Origin: Histomonas meleagridis 2922-C6/04-290x | Lineage: Eukaryota > Protista > Parabasalia | Assembly: GCA_020184695.1 (NCBI GenBank) | Contig: JAANOX010000266.1 | Coordinates: 463 to 64,462 of the forward strand | DNA: 64,000 nt | Direction: 5' to 3' | In this document: piece by piece, positions 9,208 to 22,663 of the stretch | Layout of the letters: each line of letters begins with the position of its first letter | How positions within the stretch are numbered: position 1 is the first letter of the stretch | Notes under the pieces: generated by a model | What the model was told of the DNA's origin: nothing | The model's input: only the letters and a program-made list of their open reading frames with translations | Database searches by the model: none | Made by a program: the position numbers and the translations under genes

Positions 9208-10563
9208 ATGTTTTTTGCGCTTGTTCTTCAACTTATAAGTGCATCCGAAACTAACGATTTGTTAACTGGCGTTTCGTTAACGAAATACTTAAAAAAACAT
9301 GAAAAAACTATTTTATTTGTAACAAATACCAAAGAATCTGACTTAAGTTTTGCTTCAGAAGCAATCCACAGATATGCAGAACAAATTGGCTTTGCTAAGA
9401 CTTCAGAAGATCAAGTCCCTTCTGAGTTGTGCAAAGATTATCCATGCATAATTCCATTCCAACGTAAAAAGCCATTCAAAACATTTGCTGCTCCAAAAGA
9501 ACCTGAGCCTTTTGCAAACTGGGTTGCAAATGTTATCAATCCAACATTTTACAAAGTTGTTTCATCATCACAATTAAATCTTCTTCTTGATAATCCTACA
9601 CCATTATTAATTTCAGTTGACAATCCAGAAATTCAAGAAAGCGCAGATAATTTAACAATAAATATGGTTACAAGTGATCTTCTTCGTCAAAATAACATCA
9701 ATCTTGAAAAAGGTTATTATATCTACAGACCATCAGACAACACATTTGTACCATACAATGGGTCTTTTGTTGAAGAATCCAAAACAAATTTAATCCACTA
9801 TAGTTTAATTCCAAAAGATTCCAAAAAACTTGTTGCTGGATATCTTATCAATGAAACAAATAACGATTATTATCAAAGGTTAAATAACATATCATCTAAA
9901 TATGGCAATCAATTTTTGTTTACAATCATCAAACTTGAAGATTCCAAAGAATTCCTCAAAAACTCAAGACTAACATCAGTTCCATCACCTTATTTCTTTG
10001 TAATTAATATGACCGACATGAAATATGAAAGATATCTTCTTACAAACGAAAGTCAGAACTATGTTGAAGACATCGGACACTTTTTGAGTGAAATCACCTC
10101 AAAAAGTGTCACCCCGACGGTTATTTCAGAGAACATTACAGAGACATATGGCGACAAAGCGACAATTAAAAACATCAATGCAAACAACTTTAAGGAATAT
10201 GTTTATGATGATTCACATGATACTGTTGTAGTTTTTACTGCTGAAGATTGTCGGTTTTGTAAGATCTATAATAAGATCTTTTCGAAAATCGCATCATTCT
10301 TAAGCAGTACATATGTATATATTTATATGTTCGATACATCTAAAAATGATATACCAAAAGGAGTCCCTGAGCTTGAGAGTTATCCTTACGTCGTAATGTG
10401 GCCCGCCGGAAAAAAGGATCAGCCAAATGTCTTCGACAGCTCAAACTTAAGCGATATACTTCTGTTCATTAAGACTTGCGCAACACATAAATTCGAGGAA
10501 AAGCCAAAACTGGTGAAGTTTATTGATGAAAAAGTGTCATCTTTTTTCAAAAAAGCTAAATAA
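9208..10563 (+). CDS. Secreted/ER thioredoxin-fold (PDI-like) protein
   Basis: Signal-peptide-like MFFALVLQLISA. C-terminal Trx domain VVVFTAEDCRFCK...DTSKNDIP...YPYVVMWPAGKKDQP has an intact CxxC. Confidence 0.75.
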   Translation: MFFALVLQLISASETNDLLTGVSLTKYLKKHEKTILFVTNTKESDLSFASEAIHRYAEQIGFAKTSEDQVPSELCKDYPCIIPFQRKKPFKTFAAPKEPEPFANWVANVINPTFYKVVSSSQLNLLLDNPTPLLISVDNPEIQESADNLTINMVTSDLLRQNNINLEKGYYIYRPSDNTFVPYNGSFVEESKTNLIHYSLIPKDSKKLVAGYLINETNNDYYQRLNNISSKYGNQFLFTIIKLEDSKEFLKNSRLTSVPSPYFFVINMTDMKYERYLLTNESQNYVEDIGHFLSEITSKSVTPTVISENITETYGDKATIKNINANNFKEYVYDDSHDTVVVFTAEDCRFCKIYNKIFSKIASFLSSTYVYIYMFDTSKNDIPKGVPELESYPYVVMWPAGKKDQPNVFDSSNLSDILLFIKTCATHKFEEKPKLVKFIDEKVSSFFKKAK

Positions 10564-11371
10564 ATTATATTTTTTAAGATATGTTTCATGATGTAATACA
10601 ATTGTAAGTAAAATGTGAAATAGAACAAGAAAAGGAAATTTATATTTTGATGGACATCTTTTAGCAAGGACATCTCACTGGCAAAAAGTAAAATATTTCG
10701 TGAGTCAACTGAATTTATATGCGTATGTGGTTTTAAAAATTACTTAATGATTCATTTTGTAAATTTAATAAATTTGATGAATCTCAGTTGATAATTATAG
10801 TAAAACATGTTAGAAATTTTGTTTATGCAATAAGGTTGAGAGCTGTACTTATTGTGGCACCTGGCTCAATTACCAAATTATATCCGACAAAATTTAAATT
10901 AAGATTTTACCGGATACTGCTAAACAAACTTTAAATTTTTACAAAGTCAAAGAGATGGAAAACATGTGTTTTTGAATGTAGTCTTAATAAAGAAAATCAA
11001 CAGCAATAAGAGTGAGCAGTAACTGTTAGAAGAACTTACTCTTAGAAATAATAGTACCAAAGGTAATGTAAACAGATTCTAATTGTTAAGTATCCATTCA
11101 TATTCAGAGTGCACTCTTATGCATAAGCTTAAACTTGAATTTATTCCTAAAGTATCTTGAAGTCAAATTGAGTGTTCATATGTTGATCCATGAATTTTCG
11201 GAAAAGATAGTAAACGATTGAAACAATTGGTTTTATCACAGTGGTTCTAGTCAACAATAATGTGTTGTCGTTTAGTCCCTAATGTTTCTCGATGAACAAG
11301 GACTTGTTCAAATGCCGATAGAAATTTCAGATCACTTTTGATAAAAGCGTCAAAACCTCCGTAAACCGCAG

Positions 11372-13174
11372 ATGGCAAGCAAGGAGAAGACGATCCTATC
11401 CTTTGCAAAGAAAGATCTCACCAAAATCCCACCCATCAACACAAAATCAGAGATCAAGATATTGAATCTTTCACATAACCAATTAGCAAACTTTGAAGGA
11501 TTTAAGCCGATCAAAGGTTTAAAAACACTTTCGGTTGATTTTAATCCAAGGCTTGTGTCCTTCAAGGGAATTCAAATACTGGATGAACTCACCGAATTTT
11601 CTTGCAAAATGACTCCTCTCGGTGAAAATCCAAATATTTCCATAATGGCATTAATTCTTTTTGGTAACTCATTAGCCAAAGTCAATGGAGCTCCAGTTAC
11701 AGCTGCAATGAAAAACCAAGCTGATCTTATTCGACTTTATGCAGTTGATTATCTTGAAGAAGGTTGGATTATCACTAACACATATCCACTAAAAATGATG
11801 AATTCTATAACACGAGAGCGCCGAACAATTTACTATGATAAGAACAAAAAACCTGTTGAGATTGATCTTCCAACAATTGATGAAATCATGTCACGTAAAA
11901 GTGGCAGCATCAGGAAAACAAAGAAGTATAAGCCAATACCGCCCGAGGAATATAAGCCCGAAGAGGAAGAAGAAGACGAGAAAACGCAAGAATATCGCGA
12001 AAAATTCAATCAATTCCACGATGACTATTTGAAAGGTTTAAATAGCCGTTCGACGGTTCTTCCGCCCACCCCGAAGACCGTTAAGCCACAACAAGAAAAT
12101 TTCAAAGCTACGCTTCGTATGAGCAAAGGCAAAGCTGTAGCAAAGACAAAGCTTTCGCCAACACCAAAAGTTAAAAATAATGAGAAGAGTAGTAAGAATG
12201 CTGAATCAAATCAATCCACAAGCGAAATGAAGAAAGCTGAAAGTTCGTCACGTGCATCAATGGAGTCTTCAGACAACGAAGAAATTGTTGTTGACGCTAA
12301 AATGCCTGATTCACACTATAACGAATCGACGAAATCAGAAGCAAAAGACAAAACAAACGAAGAACCAAAACACGAACAAATAGAAAAAGAAGAAAATGAA
12401 AAAGAAAATTCTTCTGCAGAAGCAAACGTAATTCATGAAGCTGAAATTAAAGAAGAAAGTGAACATGAAGTTAAAGATGACAAACAAAAAGAAGATAAGG
12501 AAGAGGGCGAACACGAAAACGAAAACGAAAACGAAGATAATGAACATGAAATTAAAGAAGAAAATGAAAGTGAAGTCGAAAAAGAAGAAATTGAAAACGA
12601 AGTCAAAAATTCAGAAACTTCGTCTGACATATTGAATGATTTACACGAAGAAACGATAAATGAACCAATTCTTGCAAATGAAGAAGAAAAAGAAAATTCA
12701 GCTACAGAAGAAATAAAAGACGAAAACAAAGAAACACAAAATGATGAAAACGTCGAAATGAAAGAAGAAAAAGAGAATGAAGTTCATGAAGAAAAAGAAA
12801 ACGAAGAAAAGCAAAGCGAAAAAGAAGATAATGGAAATGAAATTAAAGAAGAAATCAAAGAAGATGAAATTAAAGAAGAAATCAAAGAAGAAAACGAAAA
12901 AGAAGAAAAAGATTCTTCTGAAATATTGAATGATTTACACGAGGAACCGTTAAAGGACGACACTTTTGAAGAAAACGCTGAGAATAAACAAGAAGAAATA
13001 ACAAATGCAAAAGAAAATATAGATGATGATGACGATGATGCATTAAACGATCTTTTAGAAACTATGAGTTTGGGCTCATCAAATGATGGCGATATTGGAA
13101 CAATCGAAAATACTGAAAACGCTGAACTAGATTCCGATGTTAACGATATTCTGAACGAAATTGGTTCTGAATAA
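11372..13174 (+). CDS. N-terminal LRR protein with long Glu-rich disordered tail
   Basis: IKILNLSHNQLANFEG..LKTLSVDFNP LRRs, followed by about 300 aa of E/K/N/D-rich low complexity with internal repeats. Confidence 0.75.
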   Translation: MASKEKTILSFAKKDLTKIPPINTKSEIKILNLSHNQLANFEGFKPIKGLKTLSVDFNPRLVSFKGIQILDELTEFSCKMTPLGENPNISIMALILFGNSLAKVNGAPVTAAMKNQADLIRLYAVDYLEEGWIITNTYPLKMMNSITRERRTIYYDKNKKPVEIDLPTIDEIMSRKSGSIRKTKKYKPIPPEEYKPEEEEEDEKTQEYREKFNQFHDDYLKGLNSRSTVLPPTPKTVKPQQENFKATLRMSKGKAVAKTKLSPTPKVKNNEKSSKNAESNQSTSEMKKAESSSRASMESSDNEEIVVDAKMPDSHYNESTKSEAKDKTNEEPKHEQIEKEENEKENSSAEANVIHEAEIKEESEHEVKDDKQKEDKEEGEHENENENEDNEHEIKEENESEVEKEEIENEVKNSETSSDILNDLHEETINEPILANEEEKENSATEEIKDENKETQNDENVEMKEEKENEVHEEKENEEKQSEKEDNGNEIKEEIKEDEIKEEIKEENEKEEKDSSEILNDLHEEPLKDDTFEENAENKQEEITNAKENIDDDDDDALNDLLETMSLGSSNDGDIGTIENTENAELDSDVNDILNEIGSE

Positions 13175-13399
13175 ATTGTTTCATAAATTTAGATATCAAT
13201 AAACATGGAAATGAAATTTCATAAATTAAGTGAATACCATCAATAATTTATTGTGTTTTTCTTTCTCATTGTTATACCAAATGAAAGTGGTCTTATGAAA
13301 AATGCATTTTGTTGTTGTGGAAGATGGCAAATTATACTCTGAAAAAGCTAAAATTTCAAAACTTTACTTTATCTATCTGGAAAATTCTCCAAAAAATTT

Positions 13400-14332
13400 A
13401 TGGAAGTTCCTTCAGATTTACCATTTTCTTCTGCTCGATTTATTGATACGTACAATTTTAGGAAGTATTATACTAATCATGATGAAGGTGAAAAAACAGG
13501 AAGAGTAATTGTATTAAATGAACTTACTTTCCCTGTTTGTATTATTGACATTGATTTTGAGAATCAAGAAGAATCTTACAAAGATAATTTTATATCTCAG
13601 CTTTTACCTCTTTTACCAAAAAATACAGTTGTAGTTCAAACAGCACATAAAGGATTACACATTTACTCACAACACAAACTATATTTAAAAACAAATAGAT
13701 TCATTAAAGTACAAAAGAGTCCAACATTCGACGTTGATTTTTTCATTTCTGGAATAATCGAAAAGAAAAGTTGTTTAGTTTGTCCACCAACACGAGTAAT
13801 TGATAAAGAAACTGGTGAAGAGTTACAATACAAATTTATTCTTAATGATTTTAATGTTCCTGATCTTCCAAATGTCGATGAAGTAATTCATGCGCTTGAA
13901 ACAATCACAGACATGACGCCATTAAAGAATTTTATGGATAAACATCGAAACCCACCACCTGTCAAAATTCGAGTTGAGCCATTTTTCGTCAACAAAATTT
14001 TTGCCGATGCGATTGTTGATGGAATTTGCGGATTTGATATTGTCGATGATCCCGAATTGGATATAACCAAAGGCGTATCCATTCAATATGTTTTCCAAGC
14101 GCTAAATTCGATGATTGATATGCGCAATGTAACGAAAAATGATATCGAAAGATATTACAAACAAATATTTGATAATAATAAAATATCTGACAATTTGCGA
14201 AATAATTATAATAAAATTAGAGAAGAATACGCAAACAAAAAAACGAAATGGAATTTCGCTGTAAAAATTTTGAAGTTATATCGAAAAGATTTTTACAAAG
14301 GAAAAATTATTCCGCTAACAAAAGCAAAATAA
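13400..14332 (+). CDS. Prim-Pol (archaeo-eukaryotic primase superfamily) domain protein
   Basis: AEP motif I (IIDID), motif II (QTAHKGLHIY), motif III region (DVD) and LVCPPT, plus a helical C-terminal region. No helicase domain. Confidence 0.72.
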   Translation: MEVPSDLPFSSARFIDTYNFRKYYTNHDEGEKTGRVIVLNELTFPVCIIDIDFENQEESYKDNFISQLLPLLPKNTVVVQTAHKGLHIYSQHKLYLKTNRFIKVQKSPTFDVDFFISGIIEKKSCLVCPPTRVIDKETGEELQYKFILNDFNVPDLPNVDEVIHALETITDMTPLKNFMDKHRNPPPVKIRVEPFFVNKIFADAIVDGICGFDIVDDPELDITKGVSIQYVFQALNSMIDMRNVTKNDIERYYKQIFDNNKISDNLRNNYNKIREEYANKKTKWNFAVKILKLYRKDFYKGKIIPLTKAK

Positions 14333-14825
14333 ACTGCAGTTGAATATAGTTTTAAATAAAAATTTCACTATAATGTAATAACGTTATCATGTGTTATTCA
14401 GATGCATCTATAAATGAGAACATAAAGAAATAAAAGATTTGATTTTTTTTGCACTGTTTATATCGTATTTCCTTTCAAAATCATTTTGTCTTTTGTACAG
14501 TCAACATCCATAAATCTCGGTTTGTTTATTATTTTCTTCTGAAACAATCGTGATCTTAAGTTATATTATGATTTTATTAAAATTTCCATGTTTAATTTGA
14601 CGCAAATTGATCAAAAACTCCAAAAAAAGTGAAATCTATGTGAAAACTGAGTAGCAAACAAATTTTTATCAGTTGATGATAATTAATTGATTGCAATTTA
14701 GGCAAAAAATACTTTAATATTAGTCGAAATGAAAAAAGTGAAGAATAAAGTTCCTTTCTTAAGGTTATGTGAAGTGACATTAATAAAATAACTTTTTGAG
14801 TAAGGCCTTCCGTTTTCATTATCAA

Positions 14826-17800
14826 ATGAAACAAAAAATTGCATCAGACAAAATAGATTGTGAGTTTCAACACAATAAATATAGGGAAATAAAGTTTTAT
14901 CAACGAAGAGAAGTAATAGAATCACTTAAAGTAGAAATTGGTTATCCTCAATTTTTGATTGCAACTTCATCACCTCAATTTTGTGATTCACCACGCAACA
15001 TAATTCGTGAAGTTATACGAAGGGAGAATTATAGCATATGTTGTGATACAAATTACTTTAAATTATTTGTAAATTTTGAAATTCTTAGCAATTTTCGTAA
15101 TTTTTCAATTTTTCGGAGTAAGCATAGACAAAAAATCAAACATTTTCATTTTCTTAATATACCACCTGCCAAGTCTGAAAGTTTTAAAGAAAATTTATCA
15201 CCAAATAATGTCATGTCCCTATTAAAAAATTATATAAATTGTAATAATAAACAACAACTAAAATCAGAAAGTGTCACCACAAATCATAATATTTCAATTG
15301 AGCAATTTCGAAATGCCAATATTAGCATTCCGATTTCTTATGATTTTTCGCATCCAATTTCATCATGGAAACTTCCATGTGACGATATTCCGTGTAGCAT
15401 GTGTAGTAGTAACACGTGTTTATTTGTATTTACATCCAAAAATCGCTTAAAAGTGTTTAAAATTTATAATGGAGCAATCATTGATGAACTCATCAGACCA
15501 TATGTTTTAACAAGATTAGGTGTTGATTTAGATACAAAAATATTTTGTTCTTATTCGTATTTATATATTAAAACTAAAACGAATGTTTATAAAGTTCATT
15601 TATCAGTTATTGAAAAGAATGATTTTCAACCAATTGAAGTCACACAAGAAGAATATAAAAACATTGTAGCAGCAAGTTCAGATGGAACAACGCATTTGCT
15701 TTTTCATGAGAATAATACAATTACATTTGTTAATGATAAAATAACAAAAAATTTCAAATTTCCATTTAAAGATATTTTTAAAAAAGATAATAAAGATTTA
15801 ATATATTTAACTAATGGAATGGTACTATCTGTTATTAACAAAAAAGGAAATACTATTGTTACTTCTTTATTTGATGGAACAAATACAACAAATGATAATA
15901 CTTTTAAAGATTTAAGTTGCGATATAGAATTAGCAACAATTAATTCATATCATGAGGCTATATTTATTGTAACAAAAGTTAATGATCAATATATAATATC
16001 TTCTTATTCTTGTAAAGGTTCTACAAATGTTTTATTAAACGATTCTTATTTTGATCAAAATATTAATGAATCTTTTGATAAAATTTTATTTTATAAAATG
16101 CTAAATTTATCTTTTTCACATTCAATTCCTGAAAAATTAACTTTTGAAGATGAGGATCAATTAATAGAATTCACTAAATTAATAATAAAAATTAATCCCA
16201 AAAATGATATTTTTAAAGGACTTCTTCTTTATTTAGATTTAAATTTAACAAAAATTCATAGTGAAATAGCAGCAAAAATTATTAAAGAGTTTTTAATAGA
16301 TTGTTTTCATAAATGTGATAAAAAAATGAAAAATTTGATTTTTGGTGTTATTATAAATAATGTTGATTTATTTTATGAATATCAAACAACTGAATTTATT
16401 GATCTCATAAAAGAAATAACATCAAATAACACATATTCTTCTTATTTAGATTGGTTTCTTAGACAATTTTGGCATTCATCACTTTCATCTAAAATAACTA
16501 TTGATTCCAAATTCATGGAAAATTTATTTGGATCAAATTGGCCAAGTGAATCATCATTAGAAAAATGTTATTTATTTGATTATGTTTTAATTTGTCAAGA
16601 AAATTTAATAGATTTAGCTGCAGTAATCATTGAAGAAGATCCAATGGATTTAAATAATTCATTTGTTATTGATAATATATGTACACATATTAAAATGTTA
16701 TATGAAGAATTTTCTAAATGGTTAAATAATCTTATTCTTTCAAAGAAAGAAATTGATGATGATTCGATTATTTATACATTATTTGTTAATTTTGTTTCGC
16801 TTTCTTCTCCTTTACTTTCTTCATATAAAATAGAAAATGATGTAATAAATTTAAATGCACAAAATATAATAAAAATGTTTGAACAAATTGATTTCGATAT
16901 ATATAAATTAGATTTCGTATTCTTTTTGATAAATTTCACTTTTGCTTTATCATATTTAATTCGTGGAGGAGGAATTTATCAATGTGAGTTAGATTATTCA
17001 TGGTTAATACAAACTAATTATGAAAAGGCTAATATTGATACTAAAATACTTGGATTTAATGGTAATAATTTTAATGATTTAATAAAAAACCAAAAAATTC
17101 TTCAATTCATTGAAAATGATTCTGATCAATTAACGAAATATATTCAAACAAAATTTAGAAAATTTAATTTAAAATCAATGAAATGGATCAAAAAAGTTCT
17201 AATTTCAGTTGTATTACATCAAACGAATCTTTTTGATTTTTTCCAAAATGAAATTTCTAATGATAATATCACTAAAGAAATGAGAGCTATTTTTTCATGG
17301 GTATTAAAAGAAAGTAATTATTTTATACGTATTAAACAAAGTGGTGATGTAACAAATATGAATCAGATCTTAATTAATATTCTTATATTGATTGAACTTA
17401 ATCCATCTTTAACTGATTATATGACAAATCCAAATCAACAAGAAAACTATTTAAGAAATATTAGTATTTTTATACATAATAATGATCCTAATTTATTTAT
17501 TCAAGTATTACAAATATTACCAAAACGAATCAAAGGTATAATGCACGGATTCAAAATTATAGAACAAACTATTCAAAACTTAACTAATCAAAATTTTCAT
17601 TGTTTAGTAATAGATGGAATATTAAAAGTAGAATCATTTCAAAGACTTGATTATTTATTATCATTAAAAGAACTTAATGATAAAGAATTAACAATATTAA
17701 AAATATTCACTGAATTTTTGATGGATACAATTAATACTCAAAATACATTTTCAAGTTTAGAAGCGTTATATACTATTCTTGGCACATGTAAAAGTTTACA

Positions 17801-20800
17801 TAATTTAGCAATTGAAATAATGAACAGATTACGAAAATATCTTTCACGAGAAAACAAATCAATATTATATACTATTGTTGGGTTAGCAATAGAAACAAAT
17901 ACAATTTTAGAAGATATATACGATAAAGATAATTTATATTATTTTAAACAAATTAGTTTTCATTTATCAGAAGAAATATATAAGAAATGTGATGCTAAAT
18001 CAATTCTTGATAAAATATTTAATAATAAACATTGGTCATTATATAAATCTCATATAAAACTTCTTTTTGATATATTAAAGAATCAAACAACATTAAATCC
18101 AGAACAATGTTTTCATTATTTGGATGAAATAATGAAAATTGATCCAAAATTAACAGAATGTTATTATATAATGCCTACGTTTACACAATTTATTTATTCA
18201 TTTCGAAATCTTTTAAATCAAGAATCAGAAATATCGGAAATGACTAAAGCAATGATTTATTCAATTACAAATGAATCTTCAATAAATGAAATTATACTTC
18301 TCTTTTCAATTATAGCCGCTGATGGAGCCGAACTTGATGAAATTTTTGGGTTTAGAAATGAAGATGGAAATTGGATAAGTATTGAAGAATTTGATTTTAA
18401 ATGTGAAAAAGTACCAATTACTTCATTAACTGAACCTATTCCTTTTGAAGGAAAAAAGATTTATGGAACAATTCAAGGAGAAGAACTTAAAATAGAGAAC
18501 TCAATAGACTTTGATTCTATTATATCATTTTGGGATATTTGTATGAATCATGAAAACACATTTTTAAATAAGTTATATATACAAGCATTAATTCGTTATA
18601 TTTCAGAAAAAAAGATTTTTCAAAATATTAAAAATATTAATCAAATTGCTTTAACAGCAAAACCATTTACTGATTATTATATGTATTGTTATAAGAAAAA
18701 TATTATGAAATATAATTTCTCTTGTAATATTTTGATTGATGAAGATGATATTTTTGGAAGAATTCAACAAAATAATTTATGTCATATATTTACAGATAAA
18801 CTTACAAAACATGAATGGTTCTATTTAGATGTTTTCTTATATGGTAAAGGTTATATAATTCTTAAGAATAAAAGTAATGTATACATAGAATTGCCATCAG
18901 GAAAAATATGTGGAACAAACAAAAAAATTAACTTTACTAAAAGTAATTTTATGTTTGAGTATGATTTGATTTCAAAGATAAAAAAATTACTATTAATAAA
19001 CTTGAGTTTTATGCTGATAATGAAACAATTCTTGAATTTGTTACTCTGAATTTCGATTTATTTTTATTTGAAATCAGAAAATCAGAAAAAATTATCCAAA
19101 ACGTTAATTATAAAACAACAAAATATTATAATAACATTGCTATTGATAAAAAAATACCAATAAATGAATTAGAAATCGATAGAGAAAAATATAATTCATT
19201 ATATTTCGAAAAGGAAGATTTAATACAATTTGATTTTACTCAAAAAATTGTTTTATCAAAAAATGCACTTAAAATAGTACAAAGAAATTATGAAATCGAA
19301 ATGTTCAATCAATTAAAAAGTGTTTTAATTGCATTAACTATATTATATAATAATAAATCGATGAATGATGCAATCCAATTATCGTTTATCCAATCTGCAG
19401 TTATATCACTTATTGGATCAGAAAGAACACAAATTAAAAATGAAGAATTCCCTTATAATCTAGATTTAGGATTCTTTCATTATTGTTCTAGTGGTTTACT
19501 TCAGAACAAAAACTTCCAACTTATATTTCTTGCAACTAATAAACTCATTAAATCGAAAGAATTTATGGATTCGTTAGGAAAAGAACTCATAAAAATGGCC
19601 GGTGATTATAGATATCATAATTTATATTATAAAAGAGATTTAATATTCATATCAACCAAAGATTTAGAAAAATTCCAGCCAAAAGAAAATGATTATGTTA
19701 TAACATTCTCTAATGGTTCGAAAGGAATAATTAAAACAGATAATAGTGGAGTATGGATTATTGATACACCAATAGTATTTTTATTATTATTATGGATTTA
19801 TATTGAATATTGTTCGACTTCAGAACATCGAATTTATGCAAAACTTGCACTAATTGATTGTTGGATTATAGATTCGCCAATGATAAAGAAGTTTTTTCCT
19901 GAATTTCTTTCATATATTCAACGGAAATTAGATTTTACTCCTAATGATTATAGTCAGATTTATATTGATCATTTAGCATATCTTGCATCAAATAATTCAA
20001 ACAATGAACAAATTAAAGTTTTTTTGGAAGTCGAAAAAGAACAAATGAGTTTGAAGATATTTAATGAGAACTGTTTTGATAAAAATGGCGTTTTAGATAT
20101 AGAACAATTAAAAATAAACATGACTCCGAATATTTTGTATCATATAATTCATTTAATGAAACATTATGATAATTTAGATAATTTTCCAGATTATTATTTT
20201 TATCCAATATTTGAATCATTAATAAAATGTCCAAATTACAAATTATGTAAAAAATCAATTTTTGAAATTAAAAATAATTGTATAAAAATTTCTAACCCAA
20301 CTAAAACAAAAGTTTTATATATAATAACATTTATAAGTTCAAATAAACTTCAATTTAAATTATCTAATGATGAAAATGATATTGAAAAAGGAGAACAAAT
20401 TTCATTCGAAACAATAAATAAAAAACAAATTATTAAATATGTTTTGGATCAAAATAAAATAAAATATATTTATTGGCATAAAAACAAAATAGATAAAATT
20501 GATATTAAAACATATGTCCTTAAAAATTATGAAGAAATTGAATTCGAAAATTGTATTCAAAACTTCGCATTAAATTGGAAAGATGAAAATAATGATGAAT
20601 TACTTTATCAAACAACATCATTTGATATAACAGAAGAAAATTTTGAAACATTAAAATTTAAGACATATGAAATGAACGAATTAATCGAAAAATTTGGAGT
20701 TATTACTGTACAATGTAAAGCATTTTGTATATATCTTATTAATTATTTATTTAATCATTGTAAAGATAAAGAAATTTTAAGAATTATAAAAGAAAATTCA

Positions 20801-21976
20801 AATTTGTTGCAATATAAAATTCGATTTCCTGTTTTCCAAATTTCAAGGGAAATTGATCCTAAGAAGCGAATATTATATCAAATGTTTATGCGACATAAAA
20901 TTATTTTCGACATAAACAAAGCGTTAGATTATGCAACTGGTAATTCTAATAATATAAATGATAGTATGATATATCAATTCTCTAAAAATGTTGAACAATA
21001 TGCAAAACGTTATCAATTCCCTATTTGGGGAATTGGATATAAAAATAACAAAGCATTTGATACTGGTGGAGTTACATATCAAACAATAATGATGGCAACT
21101 GAATCATTTTTAAATATTAAAACAGGTTTATGTATAATTTCACCTAATTTTATTGGCTCCAAAGTTTATGAATTAATTCCTTATCCAACAAATCCAAATA
21201 AAGAAATAGAAAAAAAGTTTTACGCATTTGGCATTATTTTAGGTTCTATTATTCGATTATCTTTACCACAAAACATTCGATTTCCGAATTTTGTATGGAA
21301 ATATTTATCAGGGAAACAAATAACAATGAATGATATATATGAAAATGACATACGATTAAAAGATAAAATTATTGACATGAAGAATAGCGACTTAACAAAA
21401 TATAAATATTATTGGATATATAATGATTGGGATAATTCGCTTAAATCTATAGATGGTTTTCCTTCCGATAAACCAATTGAGAAAGAATTCGTTGATGTAT
21501 ATGAAAGAATTGTTATTAGTTTAAGAATTAAATCAATTGAAAAATGGCTTTTATTAATAAGAAATGGATTTTGGGCAAATCAATCAATAAATGATTCAAA
21601 GTTATTAAGTAATGGTTTAATTAAATATTTATGTCAAGTGGATATAATTGATAAAAAAGGAATTATTGAACATTTGAAATTTAATGATGGAAATGAAGAA
21701 GTAAAAAATTTATTTATAAATGTTTTGCAAGATTTTGATCACGAAATGATGAAAAAATTCTTGATTTTTACTATCGCACAGCCTTCGCATCCGAATTTTA
21801 ATGATTTCCCGAATTTTGCGATTAACGTGAATTTTACAAATAAATCTCTGGTGTTTTACCCTGAAGCAGCAACTTGTACACAAACAATATACCTGCCAAA
21901 ATATAAAACAATAAATGCCATGAAAAGTAAAATGGAATTTGCAATAACAAAATGTTTGGAAATGGAAAATGAATAA
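14826..21976 (+). CDS. Giant HECT E3 ubiquitin ligase, about 2380 aa, split by one frameshift at about 18962
   Basis: HECT motifs AFDTGGV, FYAFGIILG, MKKFLIF and YPEAATCTQTIYLPKY. The second ORF's frame is open back to 18965, and adding one T to gatttgat joins the two ORFs (FEYD-FDFKDKK). True start codon uncertain. Confidence 0.75.
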
Positions 21977-22663
21977 AATTGTAACTATTTTAATATAACA
22001 TATTATTCTGTTATATTTTTACAAAAGTTTTAAATTGGTTATTCCAAAAATTTATGAAAAGAAATGATAATTTTTATAGTTCGTGTTCAGATGAATTCTT
22101 TTAATTTATGTCATTTTTTATATCATTGAGCTCCTTATCTAATTCTTATCAATTACCACCTTATAAATAAAAAATTAACTTCATATTAAAATGATTAGTT
22201 GTCTTATTATCTTTTATAATTTAAATTTAACATTATTATTATATGGGATTCAAAAAACTTTTACCAATCACGAGATCTCCATTATTCGTGATATTAATAT
22301 TTACTATTATTAGTTCTAAATATTTATTGAATTTGGACTTCTGTATTAAACCTTAAATCTCAAAAAAGCAATTTGAAATTTTGGAGAAGCAAAATTCGGT
22401 AAAGATAATTTTATTGTATGGAATGTGTTTACTTATTTATTTATATTTTTTAAAATATAGTTCAATGGAAAATAAAAAAAATTGATTTTCTGATTTGAAA
22501 CGAAAGTTTATTTGGATGACATTTTCACAGCTGTTTTGAATGTGATCACATTTATATGTTTTTTTTTGAATGGTTTATCAATAACTTCAATTGAAAAACA
22601 ATGTCGTTCACGAACAGAAACATCGGCTCTTATTCAACGGTTTAAAAAAATCCCCCAACTCAA

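Noticed and set aside
10600-11330. Possible gene remnant in the 0.8-kb gap after the PDI-like gene
   Set aside because: Only short frames with no recognisable motif.
141-12729. Many short antisense or alternate-frame ORFs in the track (e.g. 141-416, 1293-1532, 4988-5335, 12433-12729)
   Set aside because: They are shadows of real genes, with F/S/L/I-rich composition and no motifs.
18943-19006. Tiny intron rescuing the HECT frameshift
   Set aside because: The candidate GT..AG pairs (17, 19 and 48 nt) all leave a stop or the wrong frame. A 1-nt loss in a T run explains it.
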